Assembly (NCBI GenBank): GCA_045530815.1
Contig: JAZSCU010000024.1
Span: 65 to 64,064 of the forward strand
DNA: 64,000 nucleotides
Direction: 5' to 3'
Source: Candidatus Nanosyncoccus sp.
GTDB taxonomy: Bacteria; Patescibacteriota; Saccharimonadia; Saccharimonadales; Saccharimonadaceae
Within the stretch, counting starts at the first letter, position 1; every line of letters begins with the position of its first letter. Under the pieces are notes generated by a model that saw nothing but the letters and a program-made list of their open reading frames with translations, had not been told where the DNA came from and did no database searches. A program made the position numbers and the translations under genes. Below are positions 45,474 through 55,662 of this stretch, piece after piece.

Positions 45474-45857
45474 ATGAAAGATTACGAACTCACAGTCGTG
45501 TTTCATCCCGATCTTGAGATGAATATCGACCCTGCCCTTGACAAGGTCAAAAAAGTCCTAGAGTCAAACGGCGGCAAAATCACCAAAGAGGAAAGTGACG
45601 GCAAAAAACGTCTCGCCTACTCTATCAAAGGTCAAGATTTTGGCATCTACTATTATTTAGAAGTCTCACTACCTACCGACTCTCTAGATAAAATTTCATC
45701 AACATTTAATATTACCGACGAAATTTTACGCTACCTCCTCGTTCGAGTAGATGAACGTAAAAGCAAAATGAATGCTCGTCGCCAGGCAAATGAGTCAGAA
45801 GACGAAGGTTCTAAGGAAGAGGTGGAAGATAACACAACTAACGAAAAAGGAGAATAA
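45474..45857 (+). CDS. rpsF: 30S ribosomal protein S6
   Basis: MKDYELTVVFHPD, KKRLAYSI, ILRYLLVR; AAGGAG SD before ATG 45474. Confidence 0.96.
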   Translation: MKDYELTVVFHPDLEMNIDPALDKVKKVLESNGGKITKEESDGKKRLAYSIKGQDFGIYYYLEVSLPTDSLDKISSTFNITDEILRYLLVRVDERKSKMNARRQANESEDEGSKEEVEDNTTNEKGE

Positions 45858-45863
45858 CTTATT

Positions 45864-46322
45864 ATGCGCGGTTTTAGTAAAGCTATCATTACTGGTAATC
45901 TAACTCGTGATCCAGAACTCAGAACCACACCAAATGGTTCCTCGGTTTGTAGTTTCTCGGTTGCCGTTAATCGCACCTACCGTGATACCAGTGGCGAACA
46001 GAAAGAAGACGTTTCTTTCATTGACTGTTCGGCTTGGGGTAAACTCGGCGAAATGATTAATCAGTATGCCAAAAAAGGCACTGGCGTCCTCGTTTCTGGC
46101 CGCCTAGATCAGCGTAGCTGGGAGGACAAAACTAGTGGTCAAAAACGCTCTCGCGTTGAGATTGTAGTTGAAGATTTCAACTTTACCGGTTCTGCTCCTC
46201 GTGATAACGGAGGTTCTAACAACTTTAGTGCCAGCGATGCAGCAGGTTCTGCTGATGCACCGGCTGACATCCCAGACGACATTCCTGATGGCGAAATTGA
46301 CCTCAGCGATGTCCCATTCTAA
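45864..46322 (+). CDS. ssb: Single-stranded DNA-binding protein
   Basis: GNLTRDPELRTT, FSVAVNR, GRLDQRSW, acidic DVPF tail. Confidence 0.97.
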   Translation: MRGFSKAIITGNLTRDPELRTTPNGSSVCSFSVAVNRTYRDTSGEQKEDVSFIDCSAWGKLGEMINQYAKKGTGVLVSGRLDQRSWEDKTSGQKRSRVEIVVEDFNFTGSAPRDNGGSNNFSASDAAGSADAPADIPDDIPDGEIDLSDVPF

Positions 46323-46350
46323 ATAATTAATTGTAGGAGAACACTAAATT

Positions 46351-46545
46351 ATGAAAAGATTGAAAAACGATCCTAATTTATATTTTGACTACCGCGATGT
46401 GAAGACCTTACAGCGCTATATTGACAGCTACGGTCGCATTGAGCCAATGTCAAAAACTGGCCTTTCCGCCAAACAACAGCGTCAACTCGCTGTTGCAATT
46501 AAGCGCGCTCGCCACCTAGCTCTTTTGCCATTCGTATCTAAATAA
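46351..46545 (+). CDS. rpsR: 30S ribosomal protein S18 (short)
   Basis: [36 protein letters not shown]. Confidence 0.96.
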   Translation: MKRLKNDPNLYFDYRDVKTLQRYIDSYGRIEPMSKTGLSAKQQRQLAVAIKRARHLALLPFVSK

Positions 46546-46559
46546 ATAAAGGAGAAAAA

Positions 46560-47120
46560 ATGTACGGACCAACAGATCTAAAGAAAAATACCCTTATCAC
46601 TTTAGACGGCCAGCCGTATAAGGTGGTAGATTATTCCCAAAAAGTTATGGGACGCGGGGGTTCCATCGTTAATGTTAAGGTTAAAAACCTCATTACTGGT
46701 GCTTTGCTCCCCAAAACTTTTAAAGGCCAGGAGAAAATCGAGCCTGCCGAAGTTACGAATAGAAAAGTTCAATATCTCTATCGCGACGACGAAAAGTTTT
46801 ATTTCATGGACCCAGAATCCTTTGAGCAATACGAACTTACCGCCGATATGGTTGGCGATTCCAAGGATTTTATGAAAGATGGCGACGAAATGGAGATACA
46901 GTTCTATAATGGTACTCCAATCAATCTCCAGCTTCCCAAAAATCTCTGGCTTACCGTCACTTATACCGAGACGGCCGTCAAAGGTGATACTACTAGCTCT
47001 GTAATGAAAGATGCTACTCTAGAGACTGGCCTTGTCATTAAAGTACCGGCCTTCATTAAAGAAGGTGATGTTGTCTCAGTAGACACGGAGACTTATGCGT
47101 ACCGCGAACGCCGCAAATAG
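46560..47120 (+). CDS. efp: Elongation factor P
   Basis: MGRGGSIV, KGDT, ATLETGL.IKVP.FI..GD...DT. Confidence 0.95.
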   Translation: MYGPTDLKKNTLITLDGQPYKVVDYSQKVMGRGGSIVNVKVKNLITGALLPKTFKGQEKIEPAEVTNRKVQYLYRDDEKFYFMDPESFEQYELTADMVGDSKDFMKDGDEMEIQFYNGTPINLQLPKNLWLTVTYTETAVKGDTTSSVMKDATLETGLVIKVPAFIKEGDVVSVDTETYAYRERRK

Positions 47121-47655
47121 GGGCTATCTCAAAATTGAAGGTGCAGCACATGCCTTCAATTTTGATTTTCGCGATAAAACAGTACTTGATATTGGTTCTT
47201 CCACTGGTGGTTTTACTGAATATGCCTTAAAGCATGGCGCCAAAAAGGTCATTGCCGTCGAAAAGGGAACCAATCAAATGAAATCACCCCTCCGTTATGA
47301 TCCACGTATTGAACTGCACGAAAAAACCGATATTTTTGACGTAAAGATTAATCCCCCAGATATTATCGTGGCAGATGTATCATTTTTAAGCCTTACCAAA
47401 ATTTTAGATTATGCCAAACTAAACCTGGCGGATAAACACACCAATTTTTTGGTTATGCTAAAACCTCAATTCGAGGCTGAACCTCATCAGCTCAATAAAG
47501 GAATTATCAAAAACGATAAAATCCGACGCGAAATCATTAAAAAATTTGAACAGTGGCTTAAAAATAATAATTTTGCCACTATCAAAAAACAAGACAATCA
47601 ACTTCATGGCAAACATGGTAATCTCGAACGTTTTTATTGGCTAAGAATAATCTAA
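47095..47655 (+). CDS. tlyA: TlyA-like RNA 2'-O-methyltransferase lacking the S4 domain
   Basis: NRGYLKI, VLDIGSSTGGFT, ADVSFLSL, LKPQFEA, GKHGNLE. Confidence 0.78.
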   Translation: MRTANAANRGYLKIEGAAHAFNFDFRDKTVLDIGSSTGGFTEYALKHGAKKVIAVEKGTNQMKSPLRYDPRIELHEKTDIFDVKINPPDIIVADVSFLSLTKILDYAKLNLADKHTNFLVMLKPQFEAEPHQLNKGIIKNDKIRREIIKKFEQWLKNNNFATIKKQDNQLHGKHGNLERFYWLRII

Positions 47656-47701
47656 TTTTTGGCTTGATTTTTCAAAAACATAAGCATATAATATATACAT
47701 A

Positions 47702-48748
47702 ATGAATTTATTGCATGGCGTGGGCGACTTCTTTTCGCTAGATATCGGAACAAACTCAATGCGTATAGTACAGCTTTCTGGTGGCAGCCAGCATGGCTGG
47801 ACTTTGCAGAAATTTGCTTATGTTCCAGTTGAGCAAAAGCTTATACAGGATTCCTCAGAACTAGGCAAAAAACGTCTCGGCGAGGCAATTCTTGGTGCTG
47901 TCAACCAAGCTGGTATCAAAACTAAAAATTTGGCTCTTGGTCTTCCTGCTAACAAGACATTTACCGCCATTGTCGAAACCGAAACTATGCCAGAAAAAGA
48001 GCTAAGAAAAGCCTTTAAGTATGAACTAGAAAAATATGTCCCAATGTCCATCAATGATGCTAAGGCTGATTTTGTTATTTTAGGCCCAAGCCCTAACGAT
48101 CCAGCTAAAACCGAAGTTCTAGTTTCTTCCGTAGCCAAAGACTATGCAGAATCTACCATGGAAATGATTGAAAAAACCGGTCTAAATATTATTGCTATGG
48201 AGCCAGAACCACTTGCGATGGCTCGCTCTCTCGCTGTACCTGGCGCAATAGATGCCACAATGATTATCGATTTTGGCGAAAAATCCACTGATCTAGTCGT
48301 TGTATATAAAGACAAACCTAGACTAGTCCGCTCCATTCCAGGTGGGTTTGAAGTATTAATCAAAGCTGTTTCTGGCGGCCTCAGTGTTCGTGAAGATCAG
48401 GCACGCCAATTTATTCTTAAATTTGGTTTAGACGAGCATCAAATTGAAGGTCAGGTATTTAAAATTCTAAACACTCACCTTGATAATTACGCATCTGAGC
48501 TTACTAAATCGGTCCGTTTCTTCCAGACTAAATACATCAACGGCAAAGTCGGTGGTATTGTTCTTTCTGGTTACGCCAGCATTATTCCATTATTCCCTGA
48601 GTATATTGAGGCAAAAACCAACATCCCAACCATGAAAGGTAATCCATGGCAGCTAGTTCGCACCACGAATGCCCAGCAACAAGCTCTTTCTAGTGTCGCC
48701 AGCGAATTTGCAGTAGCGATTGGACTATCGGAAAGGAGCAATGACTAA
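47702..48748 (+). CDS. pilM: Type IV pilus assembly protein PilM
   Basis: SLDIGTNSMRIVQL, IIDFGEKSTDL, RSIPGG, IVLSGYAS, AVAIGLS. Confidence 0.93.
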   Translation: MNLLHGVGDFFSLDIGTNSMRIVQLSGGSQHGWTLQKFAYVPVEQKLIQDSSELGKKRLGEAILGAVNQAGIKTKNLALGLPANKTFTAIVETETMPEKELRKAFKYELEKYVPMSINDAKADFVILGPSPNDPAKTEVLVSSVAKDYAESTMEMIEKTGLNIIAMEPEPLAMARSLAVPGAIDATMIIDFGEKSTDLVVVYKDKPRLVRSIPGGFEVLIKAVSGGLSVREDQARQFILKFGLDEHQIEGQVFKILNTHLDNYASELTKSVRFFQTKYINGKVGGIVLSGYASIIPLFPEYIEAKTNIPTMKGNPWQLVRTTNAQQQALSSVASEFAVAIGLSERSND

Positions 48749-50202
48749 TGGCTCGCGAAATTAACCTCGTACCAGATATCAAAGGAGAGATGATTAAAAC
48801 TCTCAAACTTCGCAATTTTATTTTCTTCCTCTGTATTGTTGTGTCTGCCGGCAGTATTGGCTTTGCGGCCATTCTTGGTATCATCGCCGGTGGTCAGCAA
48901 ACTGTCATTAATGGCAAACAGTCCACCATCGACAATCTCTCTAGCAGGATGAATTCGTACAACGATCTCAGTGAATTTCTTACAATTAAGAACCAAGTAG
49001 AGGACGTTAATATTTTATCTAATAACAAAAAAGTTCTTTCGCGTACCTTCAGTATTCTTTCGGCTATTATTCCTACTGGTGCCGACTCTGTTAAAATCTC
49101 TAAATTGTCCGTAAATCTCGAAGAAGAAATTCCTACCTTTGGTTTTGATGCTCAGGCCGATGCCGGACAAGAGCCATTCATCGACTACAACGTACTAGAC
49201 TCTTTCAAAAAGAGCATGAAATATATGCGCTATGACTATGGAAAATACGTCGATAAAGAAGGGAATAACATTCCTTCCTACTGTATTATCGAAAATGGCA
49301 CGGATGGCGCAACTCTAAAAGATTCAGAAAAAGGCTACTATGGTCTCTGGACTATTGAGGCTGAAGGTTGTAATCCAAATAAAGAAGATAACGAACAAAG
49401 CAGCAACCAAAGTAGTAGTCAAAGTAGCAGCCAAAACAGCAGCCAAAACAACGGACAAAGTAGCAGCCAAAACAACAACCTAGACTACAGTACAGAAGAA
49501 TACGAAGGTCAAAATGTCGTTCGTATCTGGCGTACTCCACAGTTTGGTGAGTGGTATGGTAGTGGAAACACGGGTTCTCTAGACACACCTACTATAGATC
49601 TAAAAGGCGAGATTAGTAATACTCCTCACTTTGTCAGTTCCTGTATTACCTACACTGGCCACGAAAGCGCCGATTACGCAGCAAAGCCGGAAGAAACCGT
49701 TATAGCTAGACTAAATGGTATCACCTGGACTAGCCAAAACGAAGAATGTAAACTTGTGCCAGATGCTAACGATGAAGGTACTGGTGGTATTACTATTTCA
49801 GATTCTTCAAACGGTCGCGGCAACTCAGATGAATTGGTCCTACGTTTTACCGCTGCTATTGAATTCAATCCTGCCGTGTTTATCTTTGCCAACGAGCATT
49901 TTATGGCTATTCCTCCTTCTGGTCGTCACAACGTAACAGATTCCTACGTCCAAATACAAGCAATGTTTGGTGAACGCGCAGCAGACTGCGAAGAAGGCGA
50001 TACTGCCTGCGCCAATGCTAATAATACCAACAATAACAGTAATAACAGTAATAACAGTAATAACAGTAATAATAGTAATAACAATAACAATAGTAATAGC
50101 AATAGCAATAGCAATAGCAATAGCAACAATAACACTAATACCAACTCAGATTCTAAGACCAACAGCACTAGTGGCAACACCACAAAGAATGGAGGCAAAT
50201 AA
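48748..50202 (+). CDS. PilN-like protein with large Cys-containing insertion and low-complexity repeats
   Basis: EINLVP start + TM helix directly after pilM; QSS and NNS/NS repeats. Confidence 0.6.
   Translation: MAREINLVPDIKGEMIKTLKLRNFIFFLCIVVSAGSIGFAAILGIIAGGQQTVINGKQSTIDNLSSRMNSYNDLSEFLTIKNQVEDVNILSNNKKVLSRTFSILSAIIPTGADSVKISKLSVNLEEEIPTFGFDAQADAGQEPFIDYNVLDSFKKSMKYMRYDYGKYVDKEGNNIPSYCIIENGTDGATLKDSEKGYYGLWTIEAEGCNPNKEDNEQSSNQSSSQSSSQNSSQNNGQSSSQNNNLDYSTEEYEGQNVVRIWRTPQFGEWYGSGNTGSLDTPTIDLKGEISNTPHFVSSCITYTGHESADYAAKPEETVIARLNGITWTSQNEECKLVPDANDEGTGGITISDSSNGRGNSDELVLRFTAAIEFNPAVFIFANEHFMAIPPSGRHNVTDSYVQIQAMFGERAADCEEGDTACANANNTNNNSNNSNNSNNSNNSNNNNNSNSNSNSNSNSNNNTNTNSDSKTNSTSGNTTKNGGK
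50032..50124 (+). repeat. Coding microsatellites (AATAACAGT)x4 and (AATAGC)x5
   Basis: Exact copies at 50032-50067 and 50095-50124. Confidence 0.9.
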
Positions 50203-51090
50203 ATGGCAATTAATAAAATGATCAAAGAAGTTGCAATCGGGAAACGCGCCAAAATCTCTCAGGCGCAACAGTATATGCTTCTAGCTGTTCTTGGTGCCTC
50301 AATTTGTCTTGGTGTCGGCGCATCGCTAATCGTGCATTTCTTCAAACAAATTACCTTTAGTGCTAGTGTAATTTCTGCGGAAGACGGTTCCATTGTCAAT
50401 TATTCAAATATTATTAGAGATACTGGTATCTGCGAAGCTCCAAAAGGTAGTACCTATTCTGATGAGGAATTGGCAAAATGTAACCCAGATAGCATTAGTG
50501 TCTCCAAAATCCCAAATACTCTGCGTTACAATATTTTAAATAAACTTGCATCGAATGAGGCCTTAAACTCAGTACCAAAAGAAGATAGCTCTAGCTGTAT
50601 TGATCCTGCCACAAAGAAAAATTTTACCTATGAAGATCTTCGCAAAATGTATGATGACGCGTCAAATAGTTCGGAATTAGTCACGGCTAGCCAACGCATC
50701 AAGCGCTGTTCGGCTCTCCGTGTTATTCCAGATGCTCTCCCATCATACAAAAATGAAGAGGCTCTGCTTGCTAGCTTGAACAAACTTTTTAAAGAATCCG
50801 ACTGGGAACCTGAGTCCCTCAGCCCTACTGGTGAAATTTCAGTATCTCCACTTGGTAATGGTAACCTCAATACTATTTCTGTTAAATTATCCGTCGAAGC
50901 TAATACTCGTACCACTATGAGTGTTCTTAATAACATTGAACGTTCTATTCGCGAATTTGATATCAATAATGCTACTATCGAATGGGATGGCACTGATACA
51001 CTTCTCCTAAATGCTCAAGCTACAGCCTACTTCACTGACCAGGCAACTCTAAGAGAAACCACTAAAACTATGAAAGCGGAGGGCAACTAA
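50203..51090 (+). CDS. PilO-like protein
   Basis: TM helix, position after pilN, C-terminal LNNIERSIREFDI..ATI. Confidence 0.6.
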   Translation: MAINKMIKEVAIGKRAKISQAQQYMLLAVLGASICLGVGASLIVHFFKQITFSASVISAEDGSIVNYSNIIRDTGICEAPKGSTYSDEELAKCNPDSISVSKIPNTLRYNILNKLASNEALNSVPKEDSSSCIDPATKKNFTYEDLRKMYDDASNSSELVTASQRIKRCSALRVIPDALPSYKNEEALLASLNKLFKESDWEPESLSPTGEISVSPLGNGNLNTISVKLSVEANTRTTMSVLNNIERSIREFDINNATIEWDGTDTLLLNAQATAYFTDQATLRETTKTMKAEGN

Positions 51091-51398
51091 TGAAAACTGA
51101 CTTATTAACTTCATCTATTATCGCTATCGTTGGCGCCTTAATTGCTTTCTTTGTCTGCAATTATCTTTTTGGCGAAATTGGCGATGTTTCATTTAAAGTA
51201 GTAGAAGGTTCTGTTAGCGCCGATGTGGCCGATCCTAACCCTGAGATTTTTAATTACAAAGCACTCAACCCAACCGTCGAGGTGTACGTTGGTGATTGTA
51301 CTCAGTATAGTGATTCAGGCGAATGTATGGATAATAACTCTGGTATTGTTAATATTGAAGAGTCTTCGAATTCTGATGCGGACCAGGAGAATAATTAA
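51090..51398 (+). CDS. Small membrane-anchored pilus-locus protein
   Basis: Coupled ORF (overlapping stop/start), N-terminal TM, ALNPT motif. Confidence 0.65.
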   Translation: MKTDLLTSSIIAIVGALIAFFVCNYLFGEIGDVSFKVVEGSVSADVADPNPEIFNYKALNPTVEVYVGDCTQYSDSGECMDNNSGIVNIEESSNSDADQENN

Positions 51399-53161
51399 TG
51401 GCTCTGCTCACCAAAGATGCTGAGGAGAAAATTGCCAGCCTCGTCGTAAGTGAAGGTTTGGCTGATGCTGATTTGGTTTACCGCATTAAACAAGAAGCCG
51501 AAAATGAAGGCAAACCAGTTCTTGCGGAACTCATAAACCGCAAAATTATTAGCAACGACATAGTTGCGCGTGCCACGGCCGCTATTATTGGTGTACCATA
51601 TGTTGAACTAAAAAATATCACCATAGACCAAGATGTCCTGGCTCTTATACCAGGGGATGCTTCTTCTCGCGTTCTCGCTATCGCTCTTGGTGAAAAAGAC
51701 GGCATATTAAATGTCGCCATGGTTGATGTTACCAACGTCCAAGCCACCGACTACCTTTCAAATTTAGTTAATCGCCCTATTAGGGTTTGGATGTCGTCTG
51801 AGCGCGGTATTCGCGAGATGCTTGACAAATATCACGGCGATTTTTCCGGAGTCAAAGAAGCGGTTGAGGAAACCGACACCGAAGCAAGAGAGGAAGAAAA
51901 AAAGGACGTCAAAACTATTGTCCAAGATTCTCCTATCTCAAAAGCTTTGACTACTATATTAAGTTATGCCGCCAAAACCAAAGCCTCTGATATCCATATT
52001 GAGCCACTAGAAAATTCGCTTATTATTCGTTGTCGCATTGATGGTGTGCTTCGCAAAATCATGGATTTGCCCAGAACTGTCGCTCCCGCCCTTGTCTCGC
52101 GTGTCAAAATTCTCAGTAATCTCAAAATCGATGAACATCGTATCCCTCAAGACGGTCAATTTACTGTACTAGTAGACGATCAAGAAATCGATTTGCGTAT
52201 TGCAATTTCTCCAGTTACATGGGGCGAACAAGTGGTTATTCGTCTTCTTGATAAAACTGGTGTTACTATGGAAATTGAAAAAATGGGAATGAGTGGCCGC
52301 GCTCTCCGTATGGTTCTTGACGGCATCAAAAAACCAAATGGCATGATCCTAACGTCTGGTCCAACTGGTTCTGGTAAATCCACCACTCTTTATGCATTGA
52401 TTCAAAAAATTAAATCCGAAGAAATTAACATTGTGACCCTGGAAGATCCGGTTGAGTATAAGATGAACGGTATTAACCAAATTCAGGTCAATGTCGATGC
52501 TGGGCTTACCTTTGCCAGTGGTCTTCGTAGTATTCTTCGTCAGGACCCAGACGTAGTGATGGTGGGTGAGATTCGTGACTCCGAAACCGCCGCACTTGCC
52601 GTCCAGGCTGCCCTTACCGGCCACCTCGTCTTTAGTACTCTCCATACAAATTCAGCTGCCGGTATCTTGCCGCGTCTTCTAGATATGGGCATCGAACCAT
52701 TCCTCCTTGCCTCAACTCTCAACGTTGTCATTGGTCAGCGTCTAGTTCGTCGCATTACCGAAAAAAGGGAAACATATAAATCAAATGAGATTGAAACCAA
52801 AAGTATCAACGAAATTGTAGGGAATATTTTGCCACAGACTCAAGAAGAAGTTGCTAAAGTTAGCGAAGATTTAGGTTATCCTGGCCTACCATACAAGAAT
52901 GATAATTCATATATACTTGCAAGGGGTGTAAACTCCAAAGAAACTCCAGGTGGCTACAAAGGTCGTACCGGACTTTACGAAACAATTAGTGTAGATGAAG
53001 ATTTCCAAAAAATGATTATTTCCCATGCAACTGCCAACGAAATTATGCGTCTAGCCAAAGCTAAGGGCACCGTTACAATGCGCCAAGACGGTATTTTAAA
53101 AGCTCTGTCTGGTATTACGTCAATTGAGGAGGTGAATCGTGTCGCAAGTGATTTATCTTAA
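51398..53161 (+). CDS. pilB: Type IV pilus extension ATPase (PilB/GspE)
   Basis: ASDIHIEP, RIPQDG, GPTGSGKSTTLY, TLEDPVE, LRQDPD, TGHLVFSTLHTN. Confidence 0.95.
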   Translation: MALLTKDAEEKIASLVVSEGLADADLVYRIKQEAENEGKPVLAELINRKIISNDIVARATAAIIGVPYVELKNITIDQDVLALIPGDASSRVLAIALGEKDGILNVAMVDVTNVQATDYLSNLVNRPIRVWMSSERGIREMLDKYHGDFSGVKEAVEETDTEAREEEKKDVKTIVQDSPISKALTTILSYAAKTKASDIHIEPLENSLIIRCRIDGVLRKIMDLPRTVAPALVSRVKILSNLKIDEHRIPQDGQFTVLVDDQEIDLRIAISPVTWGEQVVIRLLDKTGVTMEIEKMGMSGRALRMVLDGIKKPNGMILTSGPTGSGKSTTLYALIQKIKSEEINIVTLEDPVEYKMNGINQIQVNVDAGLTFASGLRSILRQDPDVVMVGEIRDSETAALAVQAALTGHLVFSTLHTNSAAGILPRLLDMGIEPFLLASTLNVVIGQRLVRRITEKRETYKSNEIETKSINEIVGNILPQTQEEVAKVSEDLGYPGLPYKNDNSYILARGVNSKETPGGYKGRTGLYETISVDEDFQKMIISHATANEIMRLAKAKGTVTMRQDGILKALSGITSIEEVNRVASDLS

Positions 53162-53190
53162 TAATATTAAACTTATGGTATAATTACATT

Positions 53191-54285
53191 ATGGAAAATA
53201 GTGGGCAATCAAACAACACAACAAGTACAACAAGAATTGAAAATCTTCTTGAGGAATGTATCAAACGAAATGCCTCAGATCTGCATATTCAATATGGGCT
53301 TCCACCAATTTTGCGTATTGATGGCGCCCTGACCCCTATCAGTGGCTATTCTAACCTCAACGAAGAAACCGTGCATAACCTCATTTTTTCCACTTTAGAT
53401 GAAGAACAACAAAAGATTCTTATGAAGGACAAAGAGTTTGATTTCTCCTTTGCTTTTGGCGATATAGCGCGTTTTCGTGTTAACGCATTTCATGAACGCG
53501 GTAAACTTGCGGCTGCTTTTCGTTTGATCCCCAACCAAATCAGAAGTGTCAATGATCTTGGCATGCCGCCAATCATTGAGACCTTCGCCGATTTTCCTCG
53601 TGGCTTAGTTCTGGTTACTGGTCCAACTGGTTCTGGCAAATCTACTACTCTTGCCGCTCTTGTTGATAAAATTAACCGTGAAAAATCTGTCCATATTATT
53701 ACGATTGAAGACCCGATCGAATTCACTCACAAATCTATTCGCTCCGTCATTGCTCAGCGCGAAGTTCATTACGACACTTTTAGCTTTGCTGCGGCTTTGC
53801 GTTCTGCGCTTCGTGAAGATCCAGATGTAGTTTTGATTGGTGAGATGCGCGACCTAGAAACCATCCAGGCTGCGATTACTATTGCCGAAACCGGCCACCT
53901 TGTTTTTGCCACACTACACACCAACTCCGCCGCTCAATCTATTGACCGTATGGTAGATGTTTTCCCAGCTCACCAGCAACCTCAGGTTAGAACTCAGCTC
54001 TCAAATATGTTAATGGCCATCTGTGCTCAACGTCTCGTTCCGGCTATTGGTGGTGGACGTATTGTTGCGGCCGAAATCATGGTAGCTAATTCTGCCATTC
54101 GCGCATTAATTCGTGATGGCAAAACCCATCAACTAGATACCGCAATCCAGACTGGCGCCGACCAAGGCATGCAGACTATGGATCGTAATCTCGCCAAACT
54201 TGTTCAGACTGGTGTCATCACCTATGATGCTGCTCGTGAATTTGCTGTTGATATTAACGAACTAAATAGACTAGTTAAAGGCTAA
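53191..54285 (+). CDS. pilT: Type IV pilus retraction ATPase
   Basis: ASDLH, GPTGSGKSTTLAA, TIEDPIE, ALREDPD, AIRALIRDGK, GMQTMD. Confidence 0.95.
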   Translation: MENSGQSNNTTSTTRIENLLEECIKRNASDLHIQYGLPPILRIDGALTPISGYSNLNEETVHNLIFSTLDEEQQKILMKDKEFDFSFAFGDIARFRVNAFHERGKLAAAFRLIPNQIRSVNDLGMPPIIETFADFPRGLVLVTGPTGSGKSTTLAALVDKINREKSVHIITIEDPIEFTHKSIRSVIAQREVHYDTFSFAAALRSALREDPDVVLIGEMRDLETIQAAITIAETGHLVFATLHTNSAAQSIDRMVDVFPAHQQPQVRTQLSNMLMAICAQRLVPAIGGGRIVAAEIMVANSAIRALIRDGKTHQLDTAIQTGADQGMQTMDRNLAKLVQTGVITYDAAREFAVDINELNRLVKG

Positions 54286-54287
54286 AC

Positions 54288-55487
54288 ATGAAACGGTTTA
54301 ATTATAAAGCAAAAGAAAAGGGAACCGGCAAAGTCGTTAAAGGCAATATCCAGGCCGAAAACGAACAAACCGCCGGCCGACTTTTGCTTGAACAGGGCTA
54401 TGTTCCTGAATCCATTATTGAAGAAGGCACCGGGATTTTGGGAAAGGGTCACGTTACTACTAAGGACCGCATTACTTTTACTCGCCAACTTGCTACTCTA
54501 ATTGGTGCTGGGCTCCCTCTAGCCACTAGCCTTCGCACCGTTGCTGCCCAAACCCAGTCCAAAGCCATGAAGGGTGTGGTTGAAGAAATTCTCGTCAGTG
54601 TAGAATCTGGTAAAACTCTCCACGAATCTTTTGCTTCTCATTCCGACATCTTTAATGGTGTTTATCTTGCTTTGATTCAAGCTGGTGAAACTTCTGGTAC
54701 TTTGGATTTAGCTCTTCGTCGTCTTGCTGATCAAGAAGAAAAAGATGCCGCTCTCATGTCCAAAATTCGTGGCGCCTTAGTTTATCCTGCTATTATTCTC
54801 TTTGTGATTATCGGTGTACTTGTTTTTATGATGGTCGCCGTTGTCCCTCAGGTAGAAAACCTTTACGAAGACATGAACCAAACTCTCCCTACTCTTACCC
54901 AATTTCTCGTTAATATGACTAATTTCTTTGCCGATTTTTGGTGGCTTGTTGCGTTGCTCGTTATAGGTGCAATTTTTGGAGCCTTCTTCTTTGTTAAACG
55001 TACTCCTACTGGTCGTCAGATGATGGATAACCTAAAAATCCACGTTCCTATCTTTGGTGGACTTTTTCGCAAACTCTATGTATCTCGTTTTGCTCGCACC
55101 GCCGAGATGATGTTAGCCACTGGTGTACCGATGCTAGACTCTGTCAAAATTTCTATCGGCGCAGTTAATAATACCATCGTAGAAAAAGAATACAGTAAAT
55201 CTGTAGAAGTTATCAAAGGAGGTAAACCTCTTTCTACTTCTCTAGAAGGCCTAAATTATATGCTGCCACTTGTTCCACAAATGGCTAGTATCGGTGAGGA
55301 ATCCGGTAAGATCGACGAAATGCTCGGCAAAGCCGCCCAAGTTTACGAAAGTGAGCTCGAAGAGCAAGTCAACAATATCTCAACCATGATTGAGCCTATT
55401 CTCATGGTTATCATGGCCGCCCTAATTGGTGTAGTTATTGGCGGTACTCTTCTCCCGATCTACTCCCTCGTTAGCAACGTTGCCTAA
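54288..55487 (+). CDS. pilC: Type IV pilus platform protein (PilC/GspF)
   Basis: FTRQLATLIGAGLPL, AGETSGTL, ALVYPAII, GEESGKIDEML, IEPIL. Confidence 0.95.
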   Translation: MKRFNYKAKEKGTGKVVKGNIQAENEQTAGRLLLEQGYVPESIIEEGTGILGKGHVTTKDRITFTRQLATLIGAGLPLATSLRTVAAQTQSKAMKGVVEEILVSVESGKTLHESFASHSDIFNGVYLALIQAGETSGTLDLALRRLADQEEKDAALMSKIRGALVYPAIILFVIIGVLVFMMVAVVPQVENLYEDMNQTLPTLTQFLVNMTNFFADFWWLVALLVIGAIFGAFFFVKRTPTGRQMMDNLKIHVPIFGGLFRKLYVSRFARTAEMMLATGVPMLDSVKISIGAVNNTIVEKEYSKSVEVIKGGKPLSTSLEGLNYMLPLVPQMASIGEESGKIDEMLGKAAQVYESELEEQVNNISTMIEPILMVIMAALIGVVIGGTLLPIYSLVSNVA

Positions 55488-55620
55488 AGCTAGTTAATAT
55501 AATTACAAAACTAGTAGGTCTAAGTACTTTGTCTTCTTTATTACTAAACTAAGGTACCAGCCATACGTGTACCTAATCTATTTGACCTGTGATTATTAAT
55601 CATACTGATCTATCAATAAA

Positions 55621-55650
55621 AAAATAAACCGGACTTCTCCGGTTTATTTT
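55621..55650. terminator. Bidirectional terminator
   Basis: AAAATAAACCGGA-CTTC-TCCGGTTTATTTT. Confidence 0.85.
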
Positions 55651-55662
55651 CTAACTCTCATT

